From Planctomycetota bacterium (GTDB lineage: Bacteria; Planctomycetota; UBA1135; UBA2386): a stretch of 64,000 bases of DNA. The notes beneath the pieces are model-generated. The model saw only the letters and a list, made by a program, of their open reading frames with translations. It ran no database searches and had not been told where the DNA came from. Shown here piece by piece: positions 28,096-37,571 of the stretch (positions are counted from its first letter, which is position 1; every line of letters begins with the position of its first letter). Both the position numbers and the translations under genes were made by a program. Location of the stretch: the NCBI GenBank assembly GCA_046290465.1, contig JBKAGP010000001.1:1824001-1888000 (forward strand), given 5' to 3'.

Positions 28096-29561
28096 GCCAG
28101 CGCGGCCAGCTGCGTCGACGCAGCGCCGTGGTCGACTTCGGCCACGCGCTGGTCCAGGCGGTGCTCAACCGGCTGCTGCACGCGCGCGACAGCCGCTTCG
28201 TGGCCGAGGCGCTGCAGGACTGCGTCGCCGCACTCGCGAAGGCCCAGACGGTCGGCGTCGAGATGCCGCTGCAGCTGCAGTTCGACGGCCTGCGGCTGTG
28301 CCACGACGGCCGCGCGCTCGACGGCCCGAGCCTGCAGGCCCACCCGCTGCTCGAACGCTGCGCCGAGCGCGAGGTCGCGATGCTGTCGTTCGGCCCGCAG
28401 CTCGGCACGACCGAACTCAACCGCCTGCTCGACCTGCTGCTGCTGCCCGAGAACGTCGAGGCGCTGAAGCGCGGCCACCGCCAGGCGACGCTGTGCGCGT
28501 TCGGCATCAAGCACGTCAAGGTCACGCTCGGCAGCCCGGCCGACCCCGACAACCCGACCCGCCGACTCGCCGACGACGACAGCGCGCTGCAGCACTACCA
28601 GCAGCTGGCGACCGCGCTGCAGGACAACCACCGGCTCGCGCACGGCGACCACGAGCTCGCGCTCGACCGCGCTGCGACTGCCGTCGAGGCGTCGCTCGCC
28701 GAGTTCGACGAACCGAGCATGCTGCTGTCGCTGTCGATGCCGGACGACGTCGACCGCTTCACGGTCGGCCACTCGGTGCGGGTCGCGCTGCTGGCGCTGC
28801 AGGTCGCGCGCGGCCTCGGCGCGAGCCGCGACCAGCTGGTCCGGGTCGGCGCCGCCGCGCTGATGCACGACATCGGCAAGTCGAAGGTGCCGCAGGAGGT
28901 GCTGTTCAAGCAGGGCCGGCTGACCGCCGACGAATGGCACTGGATGGAGCAGCACCCGCGGCTCGGCGCGCAGATCCTGATCGAGCAGCACGAGCACGTC
29001 GACCCGCGCACCATCGGCGCCGCGTTCTGCCACCACATGGGCCCCACCCGCGGCTACCCCGAGCCGATGATGCCGATGCAGCCGAGCGCGACCAGCAGCC
29101 TGATCCGGGTCTGCGACGTGTTCGAAGCGCTGACGGCGGTGCGTCCCTACAAGCGCGCCCTGACGCCGATCGAGGCCTTCGCGGTGATGCACCGCAACCC
29201 CGGCGACTTCGACGCGCGCTGGCTCAACAGCTTCGTGCGCACGCTCGGCCTGTTCCCGACCGGCACCCGCGTGCAGCTGGTCGATGGCAGCGACGGCGTC
29301 GTGGTCGCGCAGGGCGCGCACCTGCTGCGCCCGCACGTCCGGCTGCTGACCGGGCCCGAGGGGGCTGCGCTGCCCGATGGCCACCCCGGCGGGATCACCG
29401 TCGGCGAGCCGTTCGAGGGCGCGGTGCCGCAGATCGCGTGCGTCATCACGCACGACCGCGAACTGCCGATCCCGGACTTCGACCCGCTCGACCCGGCCGA
29501 GCACGGCCCGTGTGCGCACGACGCCTGCCTGTCGCACCACGACCACGATCCCGCCCGCTGA
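28092..29561 (+). CDS. HD-GYP domain cyclic-dinucleotide phosphodiesterase
   Basis: HSVRVA, LMHDIGK, HPRLG, HH..GYP, VCDVFEALTAVRPYK, GLFPTGTRVQL. Confidence 0.88.
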   Translation: MSQRGQLRRRSAVVDFGHALVQAVLNRLLHARDSRFVAEALQDCVAALAKAQTVGVEMPLQLQFDGLRLCHDGRALDGPSLQAHPLLERCAEREVAMLSFGPQLGTTELNRLLDLLLLPENVEALKRGHRQATLCAFGIKHVKVTLGSPADPDNPTRRLADDDSALQHYQQLATALQDNHRLAHGDHELALDRAATAVEASLAEFDEPSMLLSLSMPDDVDRFTVGHSVRVALLALQVARGLGASRDQLVRVGAAALMHDIGKSKVPQEVLFKQGRLTADEWHWMEQHPRLGAQILIEQHEHVDPRTIGAAFCHHMGPTRGYPEPMMPMQPSATSSLIRVCDVFEALTAVRPYKRALTPIEAFAVMHRNPGDFDARWLNSFVRTLGLFPTGTRVQLVDGSDGVVVAQGAHLLRPHVRLLTGPEGAALPDGHPGGITVGEPFEGAVPQIACVITHDRELPIPDFDPLDPAEHGPCAHDACLSHHDHDPAR

Positions 29562-29599
29562 GGCTGGCGCTCGCGGCCCCGGTCGCGTTCGATCTGCGC

Positions 29600-30676
29600 A
29601 TGCGCCTGCTCGCCCTGCTGCTGCTGTTCGCGTCGACGCTCTGCGCCCAGCGCAAGACCGAGAACGTGCTGCTGGTGACCCTCGACGGCCTGCGCTGGCA
29701 GGACGTCTTCACCGGTGCCGACAACCGGATGATGAACCAGCAGGACGGCGGCGTGCGCGACCTGCGCCAGCTGCGCAAGGAGTTCTACCGCGGCTCGCCG
29801 GAGGTGCGGCGCGCGCTGCTGATGCCGTTCTTGTGGCATGTGATCGCCGAGCAGGGACAGATCTTCGGCGACCCGTCGAAGGACGCCCGCGCGGTCGTCA
29901 CCAACCCGCACAAGTTCAGCTACCCCGGCTACAGCGAACTGCTCTGCGGCCTCGTCGACACCACCATCGACAGCAACAACAAGTTCCCCAACCCCAACGT
30001 CACGGTGCTCGAGTTCCTCAACGGCCGACCGGGCTTCGCGGGCAAGGTCGCGGCGTTCTCGGGCTGGGACGTGCACGAGTACATCGTCAACGAGCAGCGC
30101 AGCGGCATCTTCTGCGAGGTCGCGTGGGAACCGGTCACGGTCGCGACCAGCGAGCGCCGCGTGCGCGAACTCAACCGCATCGCCGACTCGCTGCCGCGCT
30201 ACTGGGCCGAGGGCTTCTGCTTCGACCTGCTGACCTACGAACGCTCGCGCGAGTACCTGCTGGCCAACAAGCCGCGCGTGCTCTACGTCGCGTTCGGCGA
30301 GACCGACGAGTGGGCGCACGCGCGCCGCTACGACATGTACCTGCAGATGGCGCACCGCGCCGACGAGATGGTGCGCGACCTCTGGGAGACGATGCAGACC
30401 ATCGACCAGTACCGCGGCAAGACCACGCTGGTGCTGACCGTCGACCACGGCCGCGGCCGCACGCCGCGCGACTGGACCGACCACAACGCCAAGGTCGAGG
30501 GCGCCGAGGAGGTCTGGATGGCGGTGATGGGACCCGACACGCCGGCGCTCGGCGTGCGCGAGGGCGTGCGCGCGACCCAGGCGATGATCGCCAGCACGGT
30601 CGCCGAGCTGCTCGGCGAGGACTTCCGCGCCAAGGTGCCCAACGCGGCCGGAGCGCTGCCGGGGGCGATGCGATGA
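29600..30676 (+). CDS. Secreted alkaline-phosphatase-superfamily enzyme
   Basis: Signal ...LCA-Q; LVTLDGLRWQ, FSYPGY, GETDEWAH, TVDHGRG. Confidence 0.85.
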   Translation: MRLLALLLLFASTLCAQRKTENVLLVTLDGLRWQDVFTGADNRMMNQQDGGVRDLRQLRKEFYRGSPEVRRALLMPFLWHVIAEQGQIFGDPSKDARAVVTNPHKFSYPGYSELLCGLVDTTIDSNNKFPNPNVTVLEFLNGRPGFAGKVAAFSGWDVHEYIVNEQRSGIFCEVAWEPVTVATSERRVRELNRIADSLPRYWAEGFCFDLLTYERSREYLLANKPRVLYVAFGETDEWAHARRYDMYLQMAHRADEMVRDLWETMQTIDQYRGKTTLVLTVDHGRGRTPRDWTDHNAKVEGAEEVWMAVMGPDTPALGVREGVRATQAMIASTVAELLGEDFRAKVPNAAGALPGAMR

Positions 30677-31386
30677 GCGCGCTGCCACCGCGCCCGGCGC
30701 TGTGGCGCGAGCTGCCGCGGGGCCGCGTGATGGCGTTCGCCCCCCACCCGGACGACGAGGCGGCGGGGCCCGGCGGCACGCTCGCGCTCCACGCGCTGCA
30801 AGGCGACCCGGTGCGCGTGGTGGTCTCGACCGACGGCACCAACGGCGACCCCGACGGCCGCTACCAGCCCGACGAGTATGCCGAACTGCGGCGACGGGAG
30901 TCGCGCGCGGGCCTGCGCGAACTCGGCCTCGACGACGTCGAGTACTGGGGCTTTCCGGACGGCTTCGAGCTCAGCGAGAACGACCTGTCGATGGCCACCC
31001 AGAAGGCGCTCGCGGCGATGCAGCAGGTCGCGCCAGACGTCGTCTACCTGCCGTGGTCCCGCGACGGCCACCCCGACCACCACGCGCTGCACGTCGTCGT
31101 GACGCGCGCACTCGACCAACTCGGTCGCGACGTGCTCGCGCTCGGCTACGAGGTCTGGAACGCGATGATCCCCGACGTGATCGTCGACATCACCGCGACC
31201 GCCGAACGGAAGCGCCGCGCGCTGCAGGCGCACGCGAGCCAGACCGACTACGTGCAGATCGACCACACGCTGCTCGGCCTCGCCGCCTACCGCAGCCAGG
31301 TGCACCTGCAGGGCCGGGGCTACGCCGAGGCGTTCGAACGGGTGCGGGGCACGCTGCCGGCCGGGCTGGCCGATCCGGACGCCTAG
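30673..31386 (+). CDS. PIG-L family deacetylase
   Basis: APHPDDE..GGT, R..E, FPDG, DGHPDH, K..AL.AH.SQ, AEAF. Confidence 0.92.
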   Translation: MSALPPRPALWRELPRGRVMAFAPHPDDEAAGPGGTLALHALQGDPVRVVVSTDGTNGDPDGRYQPDEYAELRRRESRAGLRELGLDDVEYWGFPDGFELSENDLSMATQKALAAMQQVAPDVVYLPWSRDGHPDHHALHVVVTRALDQLGRDVLALGYEVWNAMIPDVIVDITATAERKRRALQAHASQTDYVQIDHTLLGLAAYRSQVHLQGRGYAEAFERVRGTLPAGLADPDA

Positions 31387-31469
31387 CGGGCAAAGCCCAG
31401 TCCGCACGCATACACGCCGCTTCCGCGATCACGGTTGGCAGCGCGTCCACTACATGGACGCGCTCCTAG
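31383..31469 (+). repeat. ~83 bp dispersed repeat, complete copy with CTAG at both ends
   Basis: CTAG at 31383-31386 and 31466-31469; matches the 16917 copy and, reverse-complemented, the 58428 copies. Confidence 0.93.
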
Positions 31470-31476
31470 CCGACCG

Positions 31477-32598
31477 CTACTGCACCACCACGACCAGCGC
31501 GTCCGACGCCGTGAAGCCCTGCGGGCCGCAGGCGTCGAGCACCATGCACTGGGTCGCGAACGTGAAGCCGCCGACGCCGGTCGGGATCGGCACGTTGATG
31601 CTGCTGCTGCCCAGCCCGTTGCTGGTGTTGCCGATCAGGATCAGGTTGGTCGGGTGGATCCAGACGTCGATGCCGAGCAGCGGCAGCGGCGCGGCCAGCG
31701 CGTTGAGCGAGAAGCCCCAGAAGGTCAGCGCGTTGGGGTCGGTGCCGGTGCAGACGACCCGGTAGTCGTTGTAGTTCTGCACCGACGGGCCGCTCGGGCA
31801 CAGCAGCAGGTCGCTGCCGCAGCCGGGCGTGCTGTTGCCGGTCGGCAGGCCGAAGTCGACCACCGGCAGGTTGGGCGTCAGCGCCAGCGCGTTGGCCGTG
31901 AACGTCACGCTGCCGCCGATCGTCGCGTCCTGCGTGCTGCTCGAGTCGAGCGCGTCGTTGTTGAGGTTCCAGGTCGACACGTAGCCGGGGATCGTCGACA
32001 GCTCCATGTTCATGGTCTGCTGGATGTCCTCCTGCGAGCGCGCGAACGGCCACATCCGGACCTCGTCGAGCTGGCCGTTCCAGACCTCGATCGGCGTGGC
32101 CACGTCCGAGCCCTTGCCGATCCGCAGCACGTCGACGACGTCGCGGATCGCCTCGCCGTTGGTCGGGGTGCTGGTGACCAGCTGGCCGTTGATGTAGAGC
32201 GCCAGCGTGGTGCCGTCGTAGGTGCCGGCGACGTGCGTCCAGTTGACGAACTCACCCGGCGTGAACAGGTAGTTGCAGTCGTAGGTGGCGCTCGAAGTGG
32301 TCTTGATGCGCCAGCGCAGCTCGCGCTGCGCGACGTTGTCGGCGTCGACGCGCAGCATGACGTTCTCGCCCTGCGCGCCGATGCCCTGACGCAGGATCGT
32401 CGGGTAGCGCCACCCGGTCGGCAGCGTCGACTCGTCGTAGGTGAACCAGGCTTCGACGGTCATGCCGGTGCGCGGCACGACCTGGGAGCTGTGCGGGACC
32501 TCGAGGTAGCCGTCGACGTTGGGGTCGAACGTGGCGCCGGTGTTCTGCGCGGTGGTGACGGCGCCGAGGAGGACGAACGGAGCGATGTGGCGGAGCAT
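31477..32598 (-). CDS. Secreted LamG/concanavalin-like domain protein with C-terminal beta domain
   Basis: Signal ...VTTA-Q; MTVEAW, WTHVAGTYDGTTLALYING, GQLDEVRMW; start could be 32607. Confidence 0.85.
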   Translation of the reverse strand: MLRHIAPFVLLGAVTTAQNTGATFDPNVDGYLEVPHSSQVVPRTGMTVEAWFTYDESTLPTGWRYPTILRQGIGAQGENVMLRVDADNVAQRELRWRIKTTSSATYDCNYLFTPGEFVNWTHVAGTYDGTTLALYINGQLVTSTPTNGEAIRDVVDVLRIGKGSDVATPIEVWNGQLDEVRMWPFARSQEDIQQTMNMELSTIPGYVSTWNLNNDALDSSSTQDATIGGSVTFTANALALTPNLPVVDFGLPTGNSTPGCGSDLLLCPSGPSVQNYNDYRVVCTGTDPNALTFWGFSLNALAAPLPLLGIDVWIHPTNLILIGNTSNGLGSSSINVPIPTGVGGFTFATQCMVLDACGPQGFTASDALVVVVQ

Positions 32599-32631
32599 GG
32601 CGGCCATCGTAGCGCCGGCAGCCGCGACCGT

Positions 32632-33867
32632 TCAGCGCGGCGGGAAACGCAGGCGCAAAACCCAGCCCAGCGCCAGCATCGACAGCAGCGCCAGCAGCGC
32701 CGCCGTGCCCAGCGGCCACCACCACCTGCCCAGCAGCTCCAGCGAGAACGTCCAGGCGTGCTCGAGCGCCATCGGTTGCCTCGGCACGACCCGGCCGGGC
32801 AGCAGCGAGTAGATGTGGGCGCTGATCTCGGTGAAGTGGCGGCCGCCCTGCTGGCTCGGCACCGGGTGCAGCCACGCGTAGCACGGGATGGCGGCGGCGA
32901 GCAACGCCGCCACCAGCAGCCGGCCGCCGCGACGTCGCACCAGCGCGGTCGCCGCCAGCACCACCGGCAGGAACGCGAAGGTCGCGAACCGCATCACGTC
33001 GTAGGCCAGGATCATCAGCGGCAGCACGCCGGCGAGGTAGAGCCAGCCGCCCCACCGCCCGCCGAGCGCCTCGCGCGCCGACAGCGCGCCACGCCTGCCG
33101 AGGCCCCAGGCGACGACCGTCAGCAGCGGCCCGAACTCGACCAGCACGACGAACGCCCACAGCCCCCACATCGCCGGCATGCACCACGGAAACCAGAACG
33201 CCTTCTCGAGGTAGTAGCTGGTGCCGTAGCTGGCGGTCGTCTGCACGCGGAAGGCCAGGTAGGCGGCGAGCGTGATGCCGAGGAACGCTCCGTCGCGCCA
33301 CCACGCGCCGCCGTTGCGGCAACGCAGGTAGAGCAGCCACGGCCAGAAGAAGAACACCATCTCGTGCGAAAGCGCGCTGACGAACACCAGCGGCCAGAAC
33401 ACCGCGCCGCGCCGCGCGAAGTGCACCAGCAGCACGAACGTCAGCAGGCTCAGCGGATCCGACATGCAGGCCATCGGCTTGTAGACCAGCACCGCGCCGC
33501 TGCACGCGACCACGGCGGCGACCAGCAGGCCGTCGACGAACTGGCCGGTGCGGCGCAGCACGAACCAGAACACGACCGCCAGCAGCAGCGCGTTGCAGAC
33601 CTGCGAGAAGGCGACCGCCGAGACCCCGACCTTGGCGAACAGCCACGCCAGCAGCGGCCACAGCAGCCGCTGCGGGAAGTCGCCGGTCCGCGCGAACGGA
33701 TCCTCCGCCATCGTGGCGAAGCGTTCGCCGTGGCCCGCGAACGGCTGCTCCGCCCCCGGCACCAGCAGCTCGCTGAGCAGCAGCAGCCCGGCCCCGACCG
33801 CCGCCGCGACCAGCAGGTCGAACCAGCGCGACGGCGCGGGATCGAGGTCGGGGCCGGGGTCGCTCAT
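32632..33867 (-). CDS. Multi-pass membrane protein (possibly GT-C fold-like)
   Basis: About 10 hydrophobic segments; RLLWP, SDP, HE, D..R motifs. Confidence 0.65.
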   Translation of the reverse strand: MSDPGPDLDPAPSRWFDLLVAAAVGAGLLLLSELLVPGAEQPFAGHGERFATMAEDPFARTGDFPQRLLWPLLAWLFAKVGVSAVAFSQVCNALLLAVVFWFVLRRTGQFVDGLLVAAVVACSGAVLVYKPMACMSDPLSLLTFVLLVHFARRGAVFWPLVFVSALSHEMVFFFWPWLLYLRCRNGGAWWRDGAFLGITLAAYLAFRVQTTASYGTSYYLEKAFWFPWCMPAMWGLWAFVVLVEFGPLLTVVAWGLGRRGALSAREALGGRWGGWLYLAGVLPLMILAYDVMRFATFAFLPVVLAATALVRRRGGRLLVAALLAAAIPCYAWLHPVPSQQGGRHFTEISAHIYSLLPGRVVPRQPMALEHAWTFSLELLGRWWWPLGTAALLALLSMLALGWVLRLRFPPR

Positions 33868-33955
33868 GGCAGCGAAGCCTACAACACCGGCGCCGCGAAC
33901 CGGCGTCGATACGGGCCTTGAATCGGCCCGGCCGCGCCGTCACCCTGGCCGCTTG

Positions 33956-35983
33956 ATGCAGCGACAGGGCCTGCCACTACGCACGTTCGCGATCTTCCTG
34001 CTCGCCGCGGTGATCGGCGTGGCGGGCGGCGTGCTCGGCAGCTTCTTCCAGCGCGGCCTCAACTGGCTGCAGGAGTGGTTCACCGGCGGCTCGGGCTCGA
34101 ACATGTCCGAGGCCGTGCGCGAGAACCTGTCGTGGTGGCAGACGCTGCTGGTGCCGACGCTCGGCGGCCTCGCCGCCGGCTCGGTGCTGCTGCTGCTACG
34201 CGGCCAGAAGCCGCCATTCGGCGTCTCGGACCTGGTCGGGCTGGTGCAGCTGCGCAAGGGCGTGCTGCGCTTCCGGCAGAGCCTGGTGCAGATCGTCTCG
34301 TCGGCGTGCACGATCGGCACCGGCGGCAGCATCGGCCGCGAGGGCGCCAACTCGCAGATCGCCGCGACCGTCGCGTCGATGATCGCGCGGCTGACGCGGC
34401 TGTCGAGCAAGCACCGCGCGGTGCTGATCGGCTGCGGCGTCGCGGCCGGCATGGCGACGTCCTATAACGCGCCGATCGCCGGCGCGATCTTCGTGATGGA
34501 GATCGTGCTCGGCAACTTCGCGATGGACGTGTTCGCGCCGATCGTCGTCGCGTCGGTGCTGGCGACGATCGTGCGCAGCGAACTGATGACCGAGGCGCGG
34601 GTCTACCAGAACGTCTCCGACGTGGTGCAGAAGCTGCCGCTCGGGCTGGTGCTGGCGGCGCTGGTGCTCGGCCTGTTCTGCGGCATCGGCGGCGTGCTGT
34701 TCCGCAGCGCGCTGAAGAACGGCCGGCGCTTCTTCCGCTGGCTGCGGCTGCCGCCGCCGCTGCTGATGGCGCTCGGCGGCCTGGTCGTCGGCGCGGTCGG
34801 CATCTTCATGCCCGAGACCTGGGGCAACGGCTTCGAGGTGATCGAGGGCGTGGTCACCAACGCGGTCAGCGACGCGCCGTCGCTGACGCTGATCCTGACG
34901 CTGTTCTTCTGGAAGCAGGTCGCCACCGTCGCGACGGTCGGCGCCGGCGGCCTCGGCGGCATCTTCACGCCCAACCTGGTCATCGGCGCCGCCTTCGGCG
35001 TGCTGTTCGCGTCGGCGATCGGCACCGTGTTCGAGGTGCAGCCGGGTGAGGTCGCGGCGTTCGCGTTCGTCGGCATGGCCGGCCTGACCGCGTCGACGAT
35101 GCACGCGCCGGTGACGGCCGTGGTGCTGGTGTTCGAGCTGACCGGCCACTACGAGCTGACGCTGCCGGTCATGCTGTGCAGCATCGTCGCCAGCGTCACC
35201 GCCAACGTCATCGACGAGGACAGCTACTACACGGCTGCGATGAAGGACAAGGGCGACGAAGTGCCCGGCGGCCTCGAGGACCTCGCGATCCGCACCACCT
35301 ACGTGCGCGACGTGCTGCGCAAGGACTGCCTGACGGTGCCGCACACCGCCGACTTCGCCGAGGTCATGAAGCTGCTGCAGACGCACCGCGGCGACACGAT
35401 CTACGTGATCGGCGAAGGCGACGCGCTGGTCGGCCGGATCGAGCTGCAGGACGTCAAGGCGTTCCTCAACGACCCGACCCTGACCAGCGTGGTGATCGCC
35501 GCCGACCTGACGCGGCCGGTCGTCACCGCGACCGACGACCTGTCGATCGCCAAGGTGATGCCGCGCTTCGACGACCCGGAGCTGCGTGAGATCGCCGCGG
35601 TCAGCCGCGACAAGCCGCCGCGGCTGATCGGCCGCATCCGCCACCAGGACGTGCTGACGATGCTCGGCAACGAGGTGCTCGGCCAGCAGCGCCGCAACCT
35701 GCGGCTGGCGGTGCGCGGCCGCCGCGACGAGCTCGAGCTGCCGCCGGGCTACGCGATGCGCAGCCTGACGCCGCCCGACGCCTGGGTCGGCCTGGCGATC
35801 GACGCGCTGCCGGCGGCGGCGCGCGAGGACGTGATCGTCGTGCTGCTGATCCGTGCCGTCGATGGCAACGAGCAGGTGGTCGCCGCGACCGCCGACCAGG
35901 TCGTGCGCGCCGAGGACCAGCTGGTCGTGCTCGGCACCCGCGCCGCCGTTCGCGAACTGCAGGCCGACGCCGGCGAGATCTGA
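33956..35983 (+). CDS. ClC family chloride channel/transporter with CBS pair and TrkA-C-like tail
   Basis: GGSIGREG, CGVAAG..YNAPIAG.IF..E, GGIFTP, APVTAVVLVFELT..Y. Confidence 0.93.
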   Translation: MQRQGLPLRTFAIFLLAAVIGVAGGVLGSFFQRGLNWLQEWFTGGSGSNMSEAVRENLSWWQTLLVPTLGGLAAGSVLLLLRGQKPPFGVSDLVGLVQLRKGVLRFRQSLVQIVSSACTIGTGGSIGREGANSQIAATVASMIARLTRLSSKHRAVLIGCGVAAGMATSYNAPIAGAIFVMEIVLGNFAMDVFAPIVVASVLATIVRSELMTEARVYQNVSDVVQKLPLGLVLAALVLGLFCGIGGVLFRSALKNGRRFFRWLRLPPPLLMALGGLVVGAVGIFMPETWGNGFEVIEGVVTNAVSDAPSLTLILTLFFWKQVATVATVGAGGLGGIFTPNLVIGAAFGVLFASAIGTVFEVQPGEVAAFAFVGMAGLTASTMHAPVTAVVLVFELTGHYELTLPVMLCSIVASVTANVIDEDSYYTAAMKDKGDEVPGGLEDLAIRTTYVRDVLRKDCLTVPHTADFAEVMKLLQTHRGDTIYVIGEGDALVGRIELQDVKAFLNDPTLTSVVIAADLTRPVVTATDDLSIAKVMPRFDDPELREIAAVSRDKPPRLIGRIRHQDVLTMLGNEVLGQQRRNLRLAVRGRRDELELPPGYAMRSLTPPDAWVGLAIDALPAAAREDVIVVLLIRAVDGNEQVVAATADQVVRAEDQLVVLGTRAAVRELQADAGEI

Positions 35984-36032
35984 GCCGGCTGTCGCCCCTC
36001 GCCACCGCCGGCGCTATCCTGCTCGCCCCGAA

Positions 36033-37571
36033 ATGAGCCGACGCACCGCTGCAGCCCTGATGATCACCCGCGGCGAAGGCCGCGACCGCCAGGTCTACCT
36101 CGCCGAACGGGCCCCCGAGCTGCGGTTCTTCGGCGGCTACTGGGCGATGCCCGGTGGCACGATCTCCGACGAGGACCTGCGCCCGCGCAGCGGCGACGAG
36201 CCGCTCGACGAGGAGGCCGCCCTGCAGGTCTGCGCGCACCGCGAACTGTTCGAGGAGCTGGGCCTGCTGCGCCACAAGCTGTCGATGGAGCGCCGCGACC
36301 CGGACGCTCTGCGCGCCCAGCGCCGCCGCCTGCTCGAACACGAACGGGTCGACGCCGACCCGAAGCCGCCGTCGCCGTGGCCGGAGATCGTCGCCGGCAC
36401 CGTCACGCCCCTGGCGATGCGCAGCCTGTGCCGCATCGAGACGCCCGCGTTCGCGCCGGTCCGCTACGACACGGTGTTCTTCCACGTGCCGATCGAGGAG
36501 TGCTCGTCCGGCACCGCCGGCCTGCACCCCGACGTCTGGGAGGGCGAGCTGACCCAGGGCCGCTGGTGGTTCCCCGAGCAGGCGCTGGCGTCGTGGCGCA
36601 ACGGCGACCTGCTGCTGGTGCCGCCGGTCGTGATCCTGCTCGAGCACCTCGCCGCCGCCGCCGACTTCGAGCACTTCGCGCGTTCGATCGCCGCGACCGC
36701 CAACGGCTACCGCGACGGCAACCTGCACAAGGTGCGGTTCTCGCCGGGCGTGGTGCTGGCACCGCTGACGACGCCGACGCTGCCGCCGGCGACCACCACC
36801 AACTGCTACGTGATCGGCCACGAGCAGCTGTGGATCGTCGATCCGGGTTCGCCCGACCCGCGCGAGCAGCAGCGCCTGCTCGACCTGCTCGACCTGCTGA
36901 CGGCGCAGGGCCAGCAGCTCGCGGGCGTGCTGCTGACCCACCACCACCCCGACCACGTCGGCGGCGTGCACGCGCTGTGCAAGGCGCGCAACCTGGTCGC
37001 CTGCGGCCACCCGCGCACCCTCGAACGGATCGCGCCCGGCATCCCGCGCGGCGACGCGATCGAGCACGGCGCGCGCATCCCGCTGGGCCGGTCGCCGGAC
37101 GGCAAGCCCGGCTGGGAGCTCGAGGCGATCCACACCCCCGGCCACGACCAGGGCCACCTGTGCTTCCGCGAGTCGCGCTACGGCGCGATGATCGTCGGCG
37201 ACATGATGTCGACGATCAGCACGATCATCATCGACCCGCCCGAAGGCCACCTCGCGACCTACCTGCAGAGCCTCGAGGAGCTCGAGCGCTACGCGATGTC
37301 GACGCTCTACCCGGCGCACGGCCCGGCGTTCCGCGACGGTCGCAAGCTGACGCAGAAGTACCTGCGCCACCGCCGGCAGCGCGAGGCGACGCTGGTCAAG
37401 GTGCTCGGCGAGACCCCCGGCAACCTCGACGAACTGCTGCCGAAGGTCTACTGGGACGCCGACCCGCGGCTCTACCCGTTTGCGGCGCGATCGCTGCAGG
37501 CCGGCCTCGACAAGCTGGCCGAGGAAGGTCGCGCGCACCAGCAGGAAGGCGTCTGGCGCCTGCTGGATTGA
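36033..37571 (+). CDS. NUDIX + metallo-beta-lactamase (LACTB2-like) fusion
   Basis: PGG..RELFEELG Nudix box; TPTLPPATTTN, THHHPDHVGG, HTPGH, GD, PAHG. Confidence 0.9.
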   Translation: MSRRTAAALMITRGEGRDRQVYLAERAPELRFFGGYWAMPGGTISDEDLRPRSGDEPLDEEAALQVCAHRELFEELGLLRHKLSMERRDPDALRAQRRRLLEHERVDADPKPPSPWPEIVAGTVTPLAMRSLCRIETPAFAPVRYDTVFFHVPIEECSSGTAGLHPDVWEGELTQGRWWFPEQALASWRNGDLLLVPPVVILLEHLAAAADFEHFARSIAATANGYRDGNLHKVRFSPGVVLAPLTTPTLPPATTTNCYVIGHEQLWIVDPGSPDPREQQRLLDLLDLLTAQGQQLAGVLLTHHHPDHVGGVHALCKARNLVACGHPRTLERIAPGIPRGDAIEHGARIPLGRSPDGKPGWELEAIHTPGHDQGHLCFRESRYGAMIVGDMMSTISTIIIDPPEGHLATYLQSLEELERYAMSTLYPAHGPAFRDGRKLTQKYLRHRRQREATLVKVLGETPGNLDELLPKVYWDADPRLYPFAARSLQAGLDKLAEEGRAHQQEGVWRLLD

